A stretch of 52,618 bases of DNA from Candidatus Latescibacterota bacterium (GTDB taxonomy: Bacteria > Latescibacterota > MWCZ01), in assembly GCA_029547385.1 (NCBI GenBank), contig JAKPPK010000072.1:1-52618 (forward strand). The letters are read 5' to 3'. The notes beneath the pieces are model-generated. The model did no database searches, was not told where the DNA came from, and worked only from the letters and a program-made list of their open reading frames with translations. This document shows, one piece after another, positions 20,769 to 29,732 of the stretch (its first letter is position 1; each line of letters opens with the position of its first letter). The position numbers and the translations under genes were made by a program.

Positions 20769-21647
20769 ATGGCGCGCAAGGGAAGAGAGGTGATCACGCT
20801 GAGAAGGCATGGGGTTTTTTCGCTGTGGTGTATGGCGTTGGGTTGGGTACTGCCGGCCAATTTGGCAGGTGAAGCCCTTCCCGCGCGGAACGACTTGCAG
20901 ATTGATGAAATGGTGCGTATTCCGGCCACTTCGTTTTTGATGGGAGATGATCATTCCGACGCCGACGTACGTCCGGCACATCGCGTCGACGTCTCGGCGT
21001 TCTTCATAGATCGGCGGGAAGTTACGTGCGAAGAGTACCGCCGGTTTCTTCTCGCGAACCCAGAATGGCGCAAGGGGCGAGTCTCACCCTCTCTGGCGGA
21101 CAGGAACTATCTTCGAGACTGGGACGATCTATCATACCCCCGGGGAAAGGCTGCGCACCCTGTGACCTGGGTCAGCTGGCATGCGGCCAACGCGTATGCG
21201 AAGTGGCGCGGGGCGCGTCTTCCAACTGAAGCGGAGTGGGAAGCAACCGCGCGCGGGGCAACAGGACGAATCTACCCGTGGGGAAATGAAGACCCGGAGA
21301 ACTCAGAAATGCCGCGCGCGAATTACGCGTCTGCACGCGGCAGATTTGGCCGGCACGGTGGGACGGAACCCGTTGGCCGTTATCCCGCTGGCGCAACGCC
21401 GGAAGGGGTACTTGACATGGCGGGCAACGTGTGGGAATGGGTGGCGGACTGGCACGATCCGGATTACTACTCCGAAAGCCCTCGAGTGAATCCTACCGGT
21501 CCATCAAACGGAAGCTATCGTGTCGTCCGCGGCGGGTCTTGGGCAGTTCCCTCGCCCTGGCTCCGTTCGTACGCCAGGCTGAGGGCATTCCCCGCAAAAA
21601 CAAGCGATCAAGTGGGTTTCCGTTGCGCCAGAACCTCTTCGCCCTGA
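20769..21647 (+). CDS. formylglycine-generating enzyme (SUMF1/FGE-sulfatase domain) family protein, secreted
   Basis: FGE-domain motifs HPVTWVSWHAANAYAKWRGARLPTEAEWE, NVWEWVADW, RVVRGGSW and GFRCA. The start is set to ATG 20769, which gives a signal-peptide-like N-terminus. Confidence 0.8.
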   Translation: MARKGREVITLRRHGVFSLWCMALGWVLPANLAGEALPARNDLQIDEMVRIPATSFLMGDDHSDADVRPAHRVDVSAFFIDRREVTCEEYRRFLLANPEWRKGRVSPSLADRNYLRDWDDLSYPRGKAAHPVTWVSWHAANAYAKWRGARLPTEAEWEATARGATGRIYPWGNEDPENSEMPRANYASARGRFGRHGGTEPVGRYPAGATPEGVLDMAGNVWEWVADWHDPDYYSESPRVNPTGPSNGSYRVVRGGSWAVPSPWLRSYARLRAFPAKTSDQVGFRCARTSSP

Positions 21648-21759
21648 TCTTTTGTATCATGCGCAGTTGTGAGCCTCGCGTGATCCCTCGCGCAACCAGA
21701 ATGCATTTGGGGATTGTTCGCAGGTTCTCCTTCATTGGCCAAAGCCGAAAGGGTCAGTC

Positions 21760-23157
21760 GTGAAAAGGGGAATTATTCTGTTCGTTTGTGTCGTGATTTC
21801 CGTGGGAACTGCATGGTCCGCGAACTGGAACACGCGGCGCAATCCGAAAAACGTCATCATTCTTGTCGGTGACGGCATGGGTTTCAACCAGGTTGAGGCG
21901 GGTTCTCTTTTTTCGGGCAGACAAGTTTTCGAACGTTTCCCGGTGCGATATGGATGCACCACGTTTTCCGCTTCCGGGAACGGATATCAACCCGATTCAG
22001 CATGGGCTTCGTTCGATTACTTGAAAAAAAGAGCAACAGATTCCGGGGCTGCGGCGACCGCGCTCGCGTCCGGAACGAAAACAACCAACGGCGCTATAGG
22101 AGTCGGGCCTGACGGCGATCCTGTTCCGAATATTCTCGAGGTTGCCGAGGATGTCGGAAAGGCGACGGGTGTGGTGAGTTCGGTGGGCATATCCCACGCG
22201 ACTCCGGCCGGGTTTGTGGCCCACAGCCGGAGCAGGGGTAGCCTTGAATCCATCGCCCAGGAGATGATCCTTAGAAGCCGGGTGGACGTGATTATGGGGG
22301 CGGGCAACCCATGGTTCGACGACAACGGGAATGCGCTGGCAGAGCCGAAAAACTTCCGGTGGGTCGGAGGAGAACAGGTGTGGAAGGGGCTTTTGTTATC
22401 CGGCGCGCGCTTCGACCTGGACACGAACGGAACGTACGAGACAACGGTAGCAGATGCCGACGGAGACGGTGTCCCGGATAGATGGGAGCTCGTCCAGACG
22501 CGGCGGGCATTTCGGCAACTGGCGGCAGGCCCGACACCGAAACGGGTCCTCGGCTTGCCACAAATACATGAAACGTTGCAGCAGAAACGCACGGATCAGC
22601 GTGGATCGAACCTCAGGCAGGACTACGCGAACGACGAGCCTTATGCGGTGCCCTTGAATGAAAAGGTTCCCACCCTTGCGGAAATGACGCGAGCTGCGAT
22701 CAACGTTCTTGATAACGATCCCGATGGTTTTGTGTTGATGGTTGAGGGTGGCGCAATTGACTGGGCCGGACACGCCAACCTCAGCGGACGGCTCATCGAG
22801 GAGGTGGCAGGCTTCACGGAAGCGATCGAAGCAGTAGTAGCATGGGTAGATTCGGCAAGCAGCTGGGACGAGACCTTGGTGGTTGTCACTGCCGACCACG
22901 AGACGGGATACCTGTGGGGACCGGGAACAGGGTTTGGGGCCGACGGAGCAATTCAGTGGAACCCATTGCAAGGCCAGGGACTGCGCCAGATGCCCGCGAT
23001 GCAATGGAACAGCACCGGCCACACGAACAGCCTCGTTCCGTTCTTCGCAAAAGGGAGATGCAGCGAACGTTTTGCCCGGTTTGTTGATGGAACCGATCCG
23101 CGTTACGGGCAGTTCGTGGACAATACCGCGATCTTCCGCATGTTGACAGAGGATTAG
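21760..23157 (+). CDS. alkaline phosphatase (PhoA family), secreted
   Basis: Signal peptide MKRGIILFVCVVISVGTAWSA, metal/nucleophile motifs VGDGMG and TDSGAAATALASG (Ser nucleophile), VTADHETG, and NSTGHTN. GTG start. Confidence 0.85.
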   Translation: MKRGIILFVCVVISVGTAWSANWNTRRNPKNVIILVGDGMGFNQVEAGSLFSGRQVFERFPVRYGCTTFSASGNGYQPDSAWASFDYLKKRATDSGAAATALASGTKTTNGAIGVGPDGDPVPNILEVAEDVGKATGVVSSVGISHATPAGFVAHSRSRGSLESIAQEMILRSRVDVIMGAGNPWFDDNGNALAEPKNFRWVGGEQVWKGLLLSGARFDLDTNGTYETTVADADGDGVPDRWELVQTRRAFRQLAAGPTPKRVLGLPQIHETLQQKRTDQRGSNLRQDYANDEPYAVPLNEKVPTLAEMTRAAINVLDNDPDGFVLMVEGGAIDWAGHANLSGRLIEEVAGFTEAIEAVVAWVDSASSWDETLVVVTADHETGYLWGPGTGFGADGAIQWNPLQGQGLRQMPAMQWNSTGHTNSLVPFFAKGRCSERFARFVDGTDPRYGQFVDNTAIFRMLTED

Positions 23158-23198
23158 CCGGGAGTTCTGCACGTATCCGCGTTTGGTGGGCAATGCCA

Positions 23199-23245
23199 GA
23201 GACCCTGAGACCGGTGCACCTTGTCTCAGGGTCTCGACTTTTTCC
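23199..23245 (+). terminator. rho-independent terminator after the alkaline phosphatase gene (convergent junction with der)
   Basis: Perfect 12-bp stem GAGACCCTGAGA/TCTCAGGGTCTC with a 13-nt loop, followed by GACTTTTT. The 3' arm overlaps the der stop codon. Confidence 0.7.
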
Positions 23246-24557
23246 TGAACAGAAGCCTCAGCGGAGTACCCGCAAAGCCGTATTCTTCCCGCAGACATCG
23301 TTCGAGATATCGTTCCCCCGCGGTACCGATGGCGTCCGGGTTGTTCACAAAAAACACGAAGGTCGGGGGCCGCACACCTACCTGGGTCACATACGAAAGG
23401 CGCGGGACGCCTCTCCGGGAAATGGGTGGAGGGTTCTTTTTGACGAGTTCCCTGAGCCATTCGTTCAGCGTGTTCGTGGGTATCCTTCGAGTCCATTGCT
23501 CGTACGCAGTGAGGACATCGGAGAACACCTTCTCGACGCGCTGCCCGGTAGCGGCACTGATCAGAGAGACCGGAACATGTTCGGTGAACGGGTTCCGCAC
23601 CCATAGCTCTTTCATGAATGCACCGGCGGTTTCTGATGTCTTGCCCGGTACCGCATCCCATTTGTTCGCGGCGATGACGACCGCTTTCCCGGCATCCACG
23701 ATCTGAGCGAGTATATCGCTGTCCTGTTTGACGAGGTGATCCATCGCTTCGATCACCAGTACCGCCACGTCGCAGCGCTCGATCGCTTTGAGAGTGCGCA
23801 ACACGCTGAAATGTTCTATGGCGTCACGGGTTTTCCAGACGTTCTTCTGCCGCCGCAACCCGGCAGTGTCGACCAGCGTGTAGTATCTGCCCTCGTGCTG
23901 AAAGAATGTGTCGGTCGCGTCTCTCGTGGTGCCCGGGACGTCGTCCACAACCACTCTGGGAGACCCGATCAGCGCATTCACGAGAGACGATTTGCCCACG
24001 TTCGGCCGGCCCACAAACGCAACTGCGATCCCGCCTTCCGGCTCCTCACCTTCTGCCTCCGGCGGCAATCGTTTCACCAACTGATCCAGCATGTCCCCGA
24101 CATGCCGGCCGGTCATGGCGGAGACAGGCACAGGGCTTCCCATCCCGAGTGCGTGGAAGGCGTGGACTTCGACATCGGCCTCCGGATTGTCAACTTTGTT
24201 GACTACCAGCAGGGTCTGCCGCTCTTTTTTCCTCAAAACGCGCGCGACTTCTGCGTCCAGATCGGTGACTCCGGTCTGAGCGTCAGTGAGAAAAAGCACC
24301 AGAGAAGCTTCCTCCATCGCGATCTGGACCTGGTCGAGGATGTGCGCTTCCATCGGGTCACTGCTTCCCGGTACGAGGCCTCCGGTATCGACCAACAGGA
24401 ATTCTCTGCCATTCCAATCGGTTTTCGCCATGATCCTGTCACGGGTAACACCCGGTTCGGGATCAACGACTGAGTGCCGATGCCCGACGACTCTGTTGAA
24501 AAGGGAGGATTTGCCTACATTCGGTCTTCCAACGATCGCAACAACAGGACGGGACAT
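23226..24557 (-). CDS. der: ribosome-associated GTPase Der (EngA)
   Basis: Two tandem GTPase domains, each with GRPNVGKSS, DTGG/DTAG and NKxD motifs, plus a C-terminal KH-like domain. 443 aa. Confidence 0.93.
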   Translation of the reverse strand: MSRPVVAIVGRPNVGKSSLFNRVVGHRHSVVDPEPGVTRDRIMAKTDWNGREFLLVDTGGLVPGSSDPMEAHILDQVQIAMEEASLVLFLTDAQTGVTDLDAEVARVLRKKERQTLLVVNKVDNPEADVEVHAFHALGMGSPVPVSAMTGRHVGDMLDQLVKRLPPEAEGEEPEGGIAVAFVGRPNVGKSSLVNALIGSPRVVVDDVPGTTRDATDTFFQHEGRYYTLVDTAGLRRQKNVWKTRDAIEHFSVLRTLKAIERCDVAVLVIEAMDHLVKQDSDILAQIVDAGKAVVIAANKWDAVPGKTSETAGAFMKELWVRNPFTEHVPVSLISAATGQRVEKVFSDVLTAYEQWTRRIPTNTLNEWLRELVKKNPPPISRRGVPRLSYVTQVGVRPPTFVFFVNNPDAIGTAGERYLERCLREEYGFAGTPLRLLFRKKSRP

Positions 24558-24681
24558 TCGTACTCCATTCGTGGTTTCTTTTTCGGCGGGGGCTTAAAGA
24601 AAGATACGGGTTTGTCTGTCCATCCAGTGTGTTTCCCGGCGCCGGGATGAAACAGCGCGGGGAGGGCAGTCGATCCGTTCC

Positions 24682-25800
24682 TTACGATTCACGTGCGTCG
24701 CGCAGGGAAAGAGCCATATCCGAGCGCGCCCTCGCGTCTGTTTCTCTTTCGTATGCCGACTGAATGGCTTCGGCCATTTCCGGTCCGCGCACGCGCGCCA
24801 GCGCCCACGCCGCATGTTCACGGAGCAATGGTTCGGTATCTTTCAGTAAGTGCAGCAACGGACCCGTGGCCTTCTGTGCTCTGATATTCCCCGCGACCAC
24901 GGCCGCGTTCCGTAGCAGGCGCGTTCGGCCGGTGCGCTCGAAGGGCGAGCTGCGAAAGCGGCTGCGGAAGCTTTCTTCGTCCAGAGTCAGAATTTCGACT
25001 ACGTCCATTGCCAATGTTGTGGCGTCCGAGAAGGGCCTCACAGTGGCCTTCTGATTCCAAGGGCACACCTCTTGGCATGCGTCGCATCCGAAAAGTCGCG
25101 TTGCCAGAGCGGGTCGGAGGTCGCGGGGAATACTGCCTTTGGATTCGATGGTGAGATACGAAATGCATCGGCGGGCATCCAGCACCCGTGGCGCAACCAA
25201 AGCACCTGTGGGACACGAATCAAGGCAACGGGTGCATGCGCCGCACCCATCTGGAACGACGACCGGGGTTGCAGGGATGTCAATAGAAAGCGCGATTTCA
25301 CAGATGTGGAATCGGGACCCGAAATCCGGATTGATGAGCAGGGTGTTTTTGCCGATCCATCCGAGGCCTGCCTGCCTTGCGAAATCACGCTCTAGTATCG
25401 GAGCGGTGTCAACGTGGATCCATCCGTCAACGTGCGTCCCCAGTTCCGTGCGCAGCGCGTCGACAACTCTTTTCAACGCGTTTCTGCAACGATGATGGTA
25501 GTCTTCACCCATCGCGTGCGGGGAAATGAGTCCGCTGTGCATCGTCTCCGTGTTGGGCGAGGCACAGGAGTACGGCAGCGCAAAAACGGCGAGGGAACGG
25601 GCACGCGGGTTCAGGTATCGTACGTCGCGCCGTTCGTTTCTCCGGCGGTCCAGGTAGACCATATCTCCCGCGAAACCGGCATCGAGCCATTTGCAGAAAG
25701 ACTCCCATGTGTCGGGGGTCAGCTTGCGAGCAACAAACGGGCCGACCAACCCATGCGCTTGCGCATGGCGGCGTAGAATGCTCAAAACATCACTGCCCAC
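24682..25800 (-). CDS. queG: tRNA epoxyqueuosine(34) reductase
   Basis: Two ferredoxin-type clusters, CGACTRCLDSCPTGA and CDACQEVCPWN. N-terminal DUF1730-like region and C-terminal HEAT-like repeat. GTG start. Confidence 0.88.
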   Translation of the reverse strand: MGSDVLSILRRHAQAHGLVGPFVARKLTPDTWESFCKWLDAGFAGDMVYLDRRRNERRDVRYLNPRARSLAVFALPYSCASPNTETMHSGLISPHAMGEDYHHRCRNALKRVVDALRTELGTHVDGWIHVDTAPILERDFARQAGLGWIGKNTLLINPDFGSRFHICEIALSIDIPATPVVVPDGCGACTRCLDSCPTGALVAPRVLDARRCISYLTIESKGSIPRDLRPALATRLFGCDACQEVCPWNQKATVRPFSDATTLAMDVVEILTLDEESFRSRFRSSPFERTGRTRLLRNAAVVAGNIRAQKATGPLLHLLKDTEPLLREHAAWALARVRGPEMAEAIQSAYERETDARARSDMALSLRDARES

Positions 25801-25828
25801 AGGTTCTCCCAGGGAAAGGAATTATTTG

Positions 25829-26701
25829 GTGCATATTGACCCAGAATGTCCGGTTGACCTGCACACGCACACCACTGCTTCCGACGGTTCACTGTCACCT
25901 GAAGATCTGGTAGACCTGGCCCGGCAGGGAGGGCTGTGTGCGATTGCAGTAACCGACCATGATACCACCGACGGCGTCATCCGTGCCATAGAAGCCGGCC
26001 AACGAGCCGGTGTGGTGGTACTACCGGCAGTCGAAATCAGTTCGCAGCATAAACCGGGAAGCATGCATATTCTCGGCTACTTCATCGACGTCGGTGAACC
26101 CCACCTTCAAGATACATTGGCGGAAATGGTACGCAATCGCGACCGGCGAAACCGTGGCGTCATCGAGCGTCTCAACAACCTGGGGGTTCAGATAACGCTG
26201 GAGGAAGTGGCTGAATATGCCGGTGGGGACGTTCTGGGTAGACCCCATTTCGCACGTGCGCTGGTTTCGAAGGGGGTTGTCTCCACGATTCAGGAGGCTT
26301 TCGATCAATACCTCGATGCCGGAGCTGCAGCCGCGGTTCCGAAAGAAAAACTTCCGCCGGAGTATGTGATTGACATGATTCACGGGGCGGGCGGTCTGGC
26401 GGTGCTTGCTCATCCGTATCAACTTCGGCTGGGTGACGGCGAGGAACTCGAGAAGCGGGTACGGTTGCTTTGCGATCAAGGGCTCGACGGAATCGAGTGC
26501 TTTTACCCAGAGCATTCTGAACCACAGACCGCGATTTACCTTTCTCTGGCCGCCCGTTACAGTCTCGTGGCAACGGGCGGGACTGATTTTCATGGATCGA
26601 GCAAAAATCAGACCCGCCTCGGGTTGCAGCCGCCCCTTCGGGCTTCGTGCGTTCTGCAGTTGGCCGCGAGACGCGCCCGGAACATTTGTCCGCGTTCTTG
26701 A
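25829..26701 (+). CDS. PHP-domain metal-dependent phosphoesterase (TrpH/YciV-like)
   Basis: VDLHTHTTASDGS N-terminal His motif, AVTDHDT, LAHP and GGTDFHG. The start is uncertain: GTG 25829 or TTG 25826 lie after GGGAAAGGA, while ATG 25778 would overlap queG. Confidence 0.75.
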   Translation: MHIDPECPVDLHTHTTASDGSLSPEDLVDLARQGGLCAIAVTDHDTTDGVIRAIEAGQRAGVVVLPAVEISSQHKPGSMHILGYFIDVGEPHLQDTLAEMVRNRDRRNRGVIERLNNLGVQITLEEVAEYAGGDVLGRPHFARALVSKGVVSTIQEAFDQYLDAGAAAAVPKEKLPPEYVIDMIHGAGGLAVLAHPYQLRLGDGEELEKRVRLLCDQGLDGIECFYPEHSEPQTAIYLSLAARYSLVATGGTDFHGSSKNQTRLGLQPPLRASCVLQLAARRARNICPRS

Positions 26702-26742
26702 AGATTCGACGAGAACTTCTCCTGGATCGGAACGAAAGACAG

Positions 26743-27270
26743 ATGGCAGTTCCAGCAGTGAAAATTGAGCGGCATTCCAGCGGCGCGTGGCGCATAACCT
26801 GCTGGCCACGCGACAGGGTGAGGAAGGTAGCATTTGCACTGGGTGGTTTGGTGGCCGGTTTGTTGATGGCTGTTGTGAGTGTTTCCGGCCTGCTTTCCGC
26901 ACTTGCAGGGGAGCAAAACGGCGCGGAATTGTTCGTACTGGGATGGCTCGGGCCCCTCGCCGTGATTTCGGCGTTGCTGATCTGGCTTGCCGTTTCCCTT
27001 GTGTTCCGCGCAGTGCAAGGGTTTGAGGTTGAGTGCGACGGTACGGTCGTATCCGTTGTGCGTTTTTCGCCCCACGGCAGCAGGGAATTGATGCGCTGTC
27101 CGATAACAGAATGCGAACTCGTGAGCGGCGGCACGGACCTTGCCTTTCGGTTTGCCAGGCCGGGAAGCGACAAAAAGGAAGTGCTGGATACCCATTGCCG
27201 ACTCAGCCCCGAAGAGCATCTCGCAATTGAACGACTTTTTCTTATTCGCGAGCCTTCCGGAAATGCGTGA
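26743..27270 (+). CDS. hypothetical membrane protein (two TM helices plus a C-terminal domain of about 80 aa, possibly bacterial PH-like)
   Basis: Two clear hydrophobic helices (VAFALGGLVAGLLMAVVSVSGLL and LFVLGWLGPLAVISALLIWLAVSLVF). Codon third positions are GC-rich, as in the neighbouring genes. The competing antisense ORFs are Ser/Arg/Pro-rich shadows. No family was recognised. Confidence 0.4.
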   Translation: MAVPAVKIERHSSGAWRITCWPRDRVRKVAFALGGLVAGLLMAVVSVSGLLSALAGEQNGAELFVLGWLGPLAVISALLIWLAVSLVFRAVQGFEVECDGTVVSVVRFSPHGSRELMRCPITECELVSGGTDLAFRFARPGSDKKEVLDTHCRLSPEEHLAIERLFLIREPSGNA

Positions 27271-27345
27271 AAAGCGAACTGGATCCTCACGCGTGCTCAA
27301 TTGTCCGTGCACAGCGTCTCCACATGTGTCTGAGCGGCCGCCTCG

Positions 27346-28203
27346 ATGAACGAATCCAAAATGCAATCTGCGATCGCCCTGGAGGGTGTCTCGTTCTCAT
27401 ACGGCGAGAACGAAGTCCTTTCCGCTGTCACATTCGCCCTGGGGTCCGGCGAATTTGTGGGAATCATCGGCCCGAATGGCTCGGGTAAGTCCACGCTTCT
27501 CCGCGTCATGGCGGGTATCCTGCGCCCTTCGTCTGGAGTCGTGACGATGGCGGGACGCCCCATGCAGAACCTCAGCCGCCGGGAAATCGCCCGCAGTGTA
27601 GCCGTTGTGCCTCAGGAGACGACCTTTGTGTTTCCATTTACCGCACTCGAAGTGGTGTTGATGGGGCGCTCACCCCATCTTGGCCGTTTCGGGATTGAGG
27701 GCGAGGACGATCTGGAAGTGGCGCGACAGGCCATGGAGGCTACCGATACGTGGTTCCTTCGAGATCGGACGATGGAAGAAGTGTCGGGGGGCGAGAAACA
27801 GCGTGTCATCGTCGCGCGTGCCCTGGCTCAGAAGCCGGAAATCCTGCTCCTGGATGAGCCCACAAACGCTCTTGACATCCGGCATCAGGTTGACATTTAC
27901 CAGCTCTTGCAGCGATTGCACGATGAGTCCGGTCTCACGATCGTGCTGATTTCCCATGACCTGAACCTGTCGGCACGAGCGTGTGAGCGTCTTATCCTCC
28001 TGCACCGGGGGCGCATCCAGTGCGACGGGGGTCCCGACGAAGTGATCACGAGCGCGCTTCTGAGCGAGGTCTATGAAACGGAGCTCGAGGTACACACTGA
28101 TCCTGCTACCGGTGCTCCAATCATCACGACTCCGATTGACCGGGTTGTGAGGAAAAAAAGTCCGCCGTTCCGCGCGGGAGAGCAGCAACGAAAAATATCC
28201 TGA
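27346..28203 (+). CDS. ABC transporter ATP-binding protein (FepC/FecE/BtuD/HmuV-like, type II importer class)
   Basis: Walker A GPNGSGKST, signature VSGGEKQRV, Walker B/D-loop LLLDEPTNALD and H-loop ISHD. No permease or binding-protein gene anywhere in the window. Confidence 0.85.
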   Translation: MNESKMQSAIALEGVSFSYGENEVLSAVTFALGSGEFVGIIGPNGSGKSTLLRVMAGILRPSSGVVTMAGRPMQNLSRREIARSVAVVPQETTFVFPFTALEVVLMGRSPHLGRFGIEGEDDLEVARQAMEATDTWFLRDRTMEEVSGGEKQRVIVARALAQKPEILLLDEPTNALDIRHQVDIYQLLQRLHDESGLTIVLISHDLNLSARACERLILLHRGRIQCDGGPDEVITSALLSEVYETELEVHTDPATGAPIITTPIDRVVRKKSPPFRAGEQQRKIS

Positions 28204-28319
28204 GGAGGTTACGCTTTTTGCTTGCTTCGAGTACGTCATGCTGCTATTATTGGAACCATGTGGAACATGCAAACGTGAGGGATTTCCAACGCGGCGCGCT
28301 TCTGAGCAAGGGGTGAGAT

Positions 28320-28658
28320 ATGGAGTCCGAAGTTATTGCCGAACCGGTTGCGGCTGATGCTCTTGCTGCGATGCGGAAGGTAGAGGACGAAGCCGAAGCG
28401 TTAGTTGCGCATGCACGGGCCGAGGCAAAGGAGCTTCTGGAGCGTGCGCGTCGCGAAGCGGAAGAGAGACGTTCCCGGGAGCACGCTCTCATGCAGCGCG
28501 AGATGGAGCTCAGACGGCAGGAGCTTCTGAACGGTGTTCTTCGTCAGACGGAAGCATTGAAAGCCGACGCTGAAGCTGAAAAAGCAAGCTACGCCGCTGA
28601 AGTGCGCCGCATAACTCCGCAGCTTGTCGAGGAAATCGTCGCTCTCGTCGTTGGGTAA
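28320..28658 (+). CDS. V/A-type ATPase peripheral-stalk subunit (G/H-like coiled coil)
   Basis: 112-aa Ala/Glu/Arg-rich helix (EAEALVAHARAEAKELLERARREAEERR). First gene of the V-ATPase operon. RBS AAGGGGTGA. Confidence 0.55.
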   Translation: MESEVIAEPVAADALAAMRKVEDEAEALVAHARAEAKELLERARREAEERRSREHALMQREMELRRQELLNGVLRQTEALKADAEAEKASYAAEVRRITPQLVEEIVALVVG

Positions 28659-28707
28659 CACCGCGTCAGATGCCGGTGTGATTCCGGTCCTTTTGGGGGA
28701 ACGGGGC

Positions 28708-29718
28708 ATGGCCTCAGCCTCGGCGTTTTTGAATGCACGCGCGCATGCCCTTCTCGGCATGTTGCTGCCGCGGGAAACCCTTCTGCGACTTGCTGATCTT
28801 CCCAGCGCAGAAGCGATTCTGGCAGACCTTTCGGCGCGCGAGTACTTTCGGGCTTCGCTGCCGGCGGAGCAACTGACTTTCCCCCAGCGTTTGAACCTCG
28901 AACTCGACGCGGATTACCGATCCACCCTCCTCGTGCTGCCGCAGGAAAGCCGGCCTTTGGTACGGGCGCTATATCGTTTGAGGGAAGTGGCTTTCCTCAA
29001 AGCCGCGCTTGGTTGCGCGAATCGGAACGTCCCGCCAGCCTCACGCGGCGCATACCTCGGGGGGCTTCATCTTTTCAACATTGCGGACGAAGAAGCTTTT
29101 TGTCAGGCAGCTGATGTTGCGGAAGCTGTCTCGAAGGCGCCGGAGCCGTACCGAACACCGATGGAAAACGCACTCCATCAGGTCGAGGAGCAAGGGTCTC
29201 TCTTCCCGATCGAAATTGCCCTCGACCTTCTCGTGCTCCACGAGCTGTGGCTCGCCGGCCGGGCATTGACGGGAATGGACCGGGCGCGGATTTTCCCGAT
29301 GTTCGGGGTATGGTTTGACGTGTTCAATGTGCTGTCCGCCGCGAGGTTGCGGCTGAATTTCGCGGTGCCGAGTGATGAAGCACTTGGGTATCTCATTCAC
29401 CACGGGCAGTTCTTGAGGCTTTCACATCGGCGAGCGCTGGCCGGTCTCGAGAAATTCAGTGATCTTTCTGCGGCGTTGCGTGATACGCCGTATTCCGCGA
29501 AACTCAATGGCGCGGAATCGCTTTTTGCAGTGGAACAGGGGATGATGCGGGCGTTTCGCGAGGTGATCTCGGCAAGTCTGGCAGGATACCCGTTCCACCT
29601 GGGCGGCACAGTTGCATATCTGCTGCTCAAACAGATCGAGATCACGAATCTGACACGCGTGTACGAAGGCAAGCGGCGCGATGTGAAGACCGCCGGCTGG
29701 CAGGATGTTCTCGTGTAG
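28708..29718 (+). CDS. V/A-type ATPase subunit C (eukaryotic d / AC39 family)
   Basis: 336 aa. The N-terminus FLNARAHALLGMLL and the C-terminal motif YLLLKQIEITNLTRVYEGKR are typical of archaeal-type subunit C. The start is trimmed to ATG 28708. Confidence 0.8.
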   Translation: MASASAFLNARAHALLGMLLPRETLLRLADLPSAEAILADLSAREYFRASLPAEQLTFPQRLNLELDADYRSTLLVLPQESRPLVRALYRLREVAFLKAALGCANRNVPPASRGAYLGGLHLFNIADEEAFCQAADVAEAVSKAPEPYRTPMENALHQVEEQGSLFPIEIALDLLVLHELWLAGRALTGMDRARIFPMFGVWFDVFNVLSAARLRLNFAVPSDEALGYLIHHGQFLRLSHRRALAGLEKFSDLSAALRDTPYSAKLNGAESLFAVEQGMMRAFREVISASLAGYPFHLGGTVAYLLLKQIEITNLTRVYEGKRRDVKTAGWQDVLV

Positions 29719-29732
29719 GAAGGGGTTCCGTC

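Noticed and set aside
20769-23157. FGE-family protein next to an alkaline-phosphatase-superfamily enzyme, considered as a formylglycine maturation pair
   Set aside because: The phosphatase has the classical Ser nucleophile context (TDSGAAATA) and no C/S-x-P-x-R sulfatase motif, so it is not an FGE substrate. The adjacency looks coincidental.
22396-23661. 421-aa minus-strand ORF spanning the phoA 3' half and the der 3' end
   Set aside because: It crosses a convergent gene junction and a terminator hairpin, overlaps two well-supported genes, and has an Arg/Cys/Pro-rich composition. It is a GC-driven artefact.
26021-27366. Three long minus-strand ORFs (293, 372 and 252 aa) opposite the PHP gene and the small membrane protein
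   Set aside because: All are Ser/Arg/Pro-rich with no motifs. The plus-strand frames give a clean PHP domain and clear TM helices. I kept the plus-strand models, although the small membrane protein itself remains low confidence.
28250-28269. Tandem TGGAAC(C)ATG repeat upstream of the V-ATPase operon, considered as a sigma54 -24/-12 promoter
   Set aside because: The GG-to-GC spacing does not fit TGGCAC-N5-TTGC (I count 7 or 17 nt between the elements). It is probably a chance repeat or part of an ordinary promoter.
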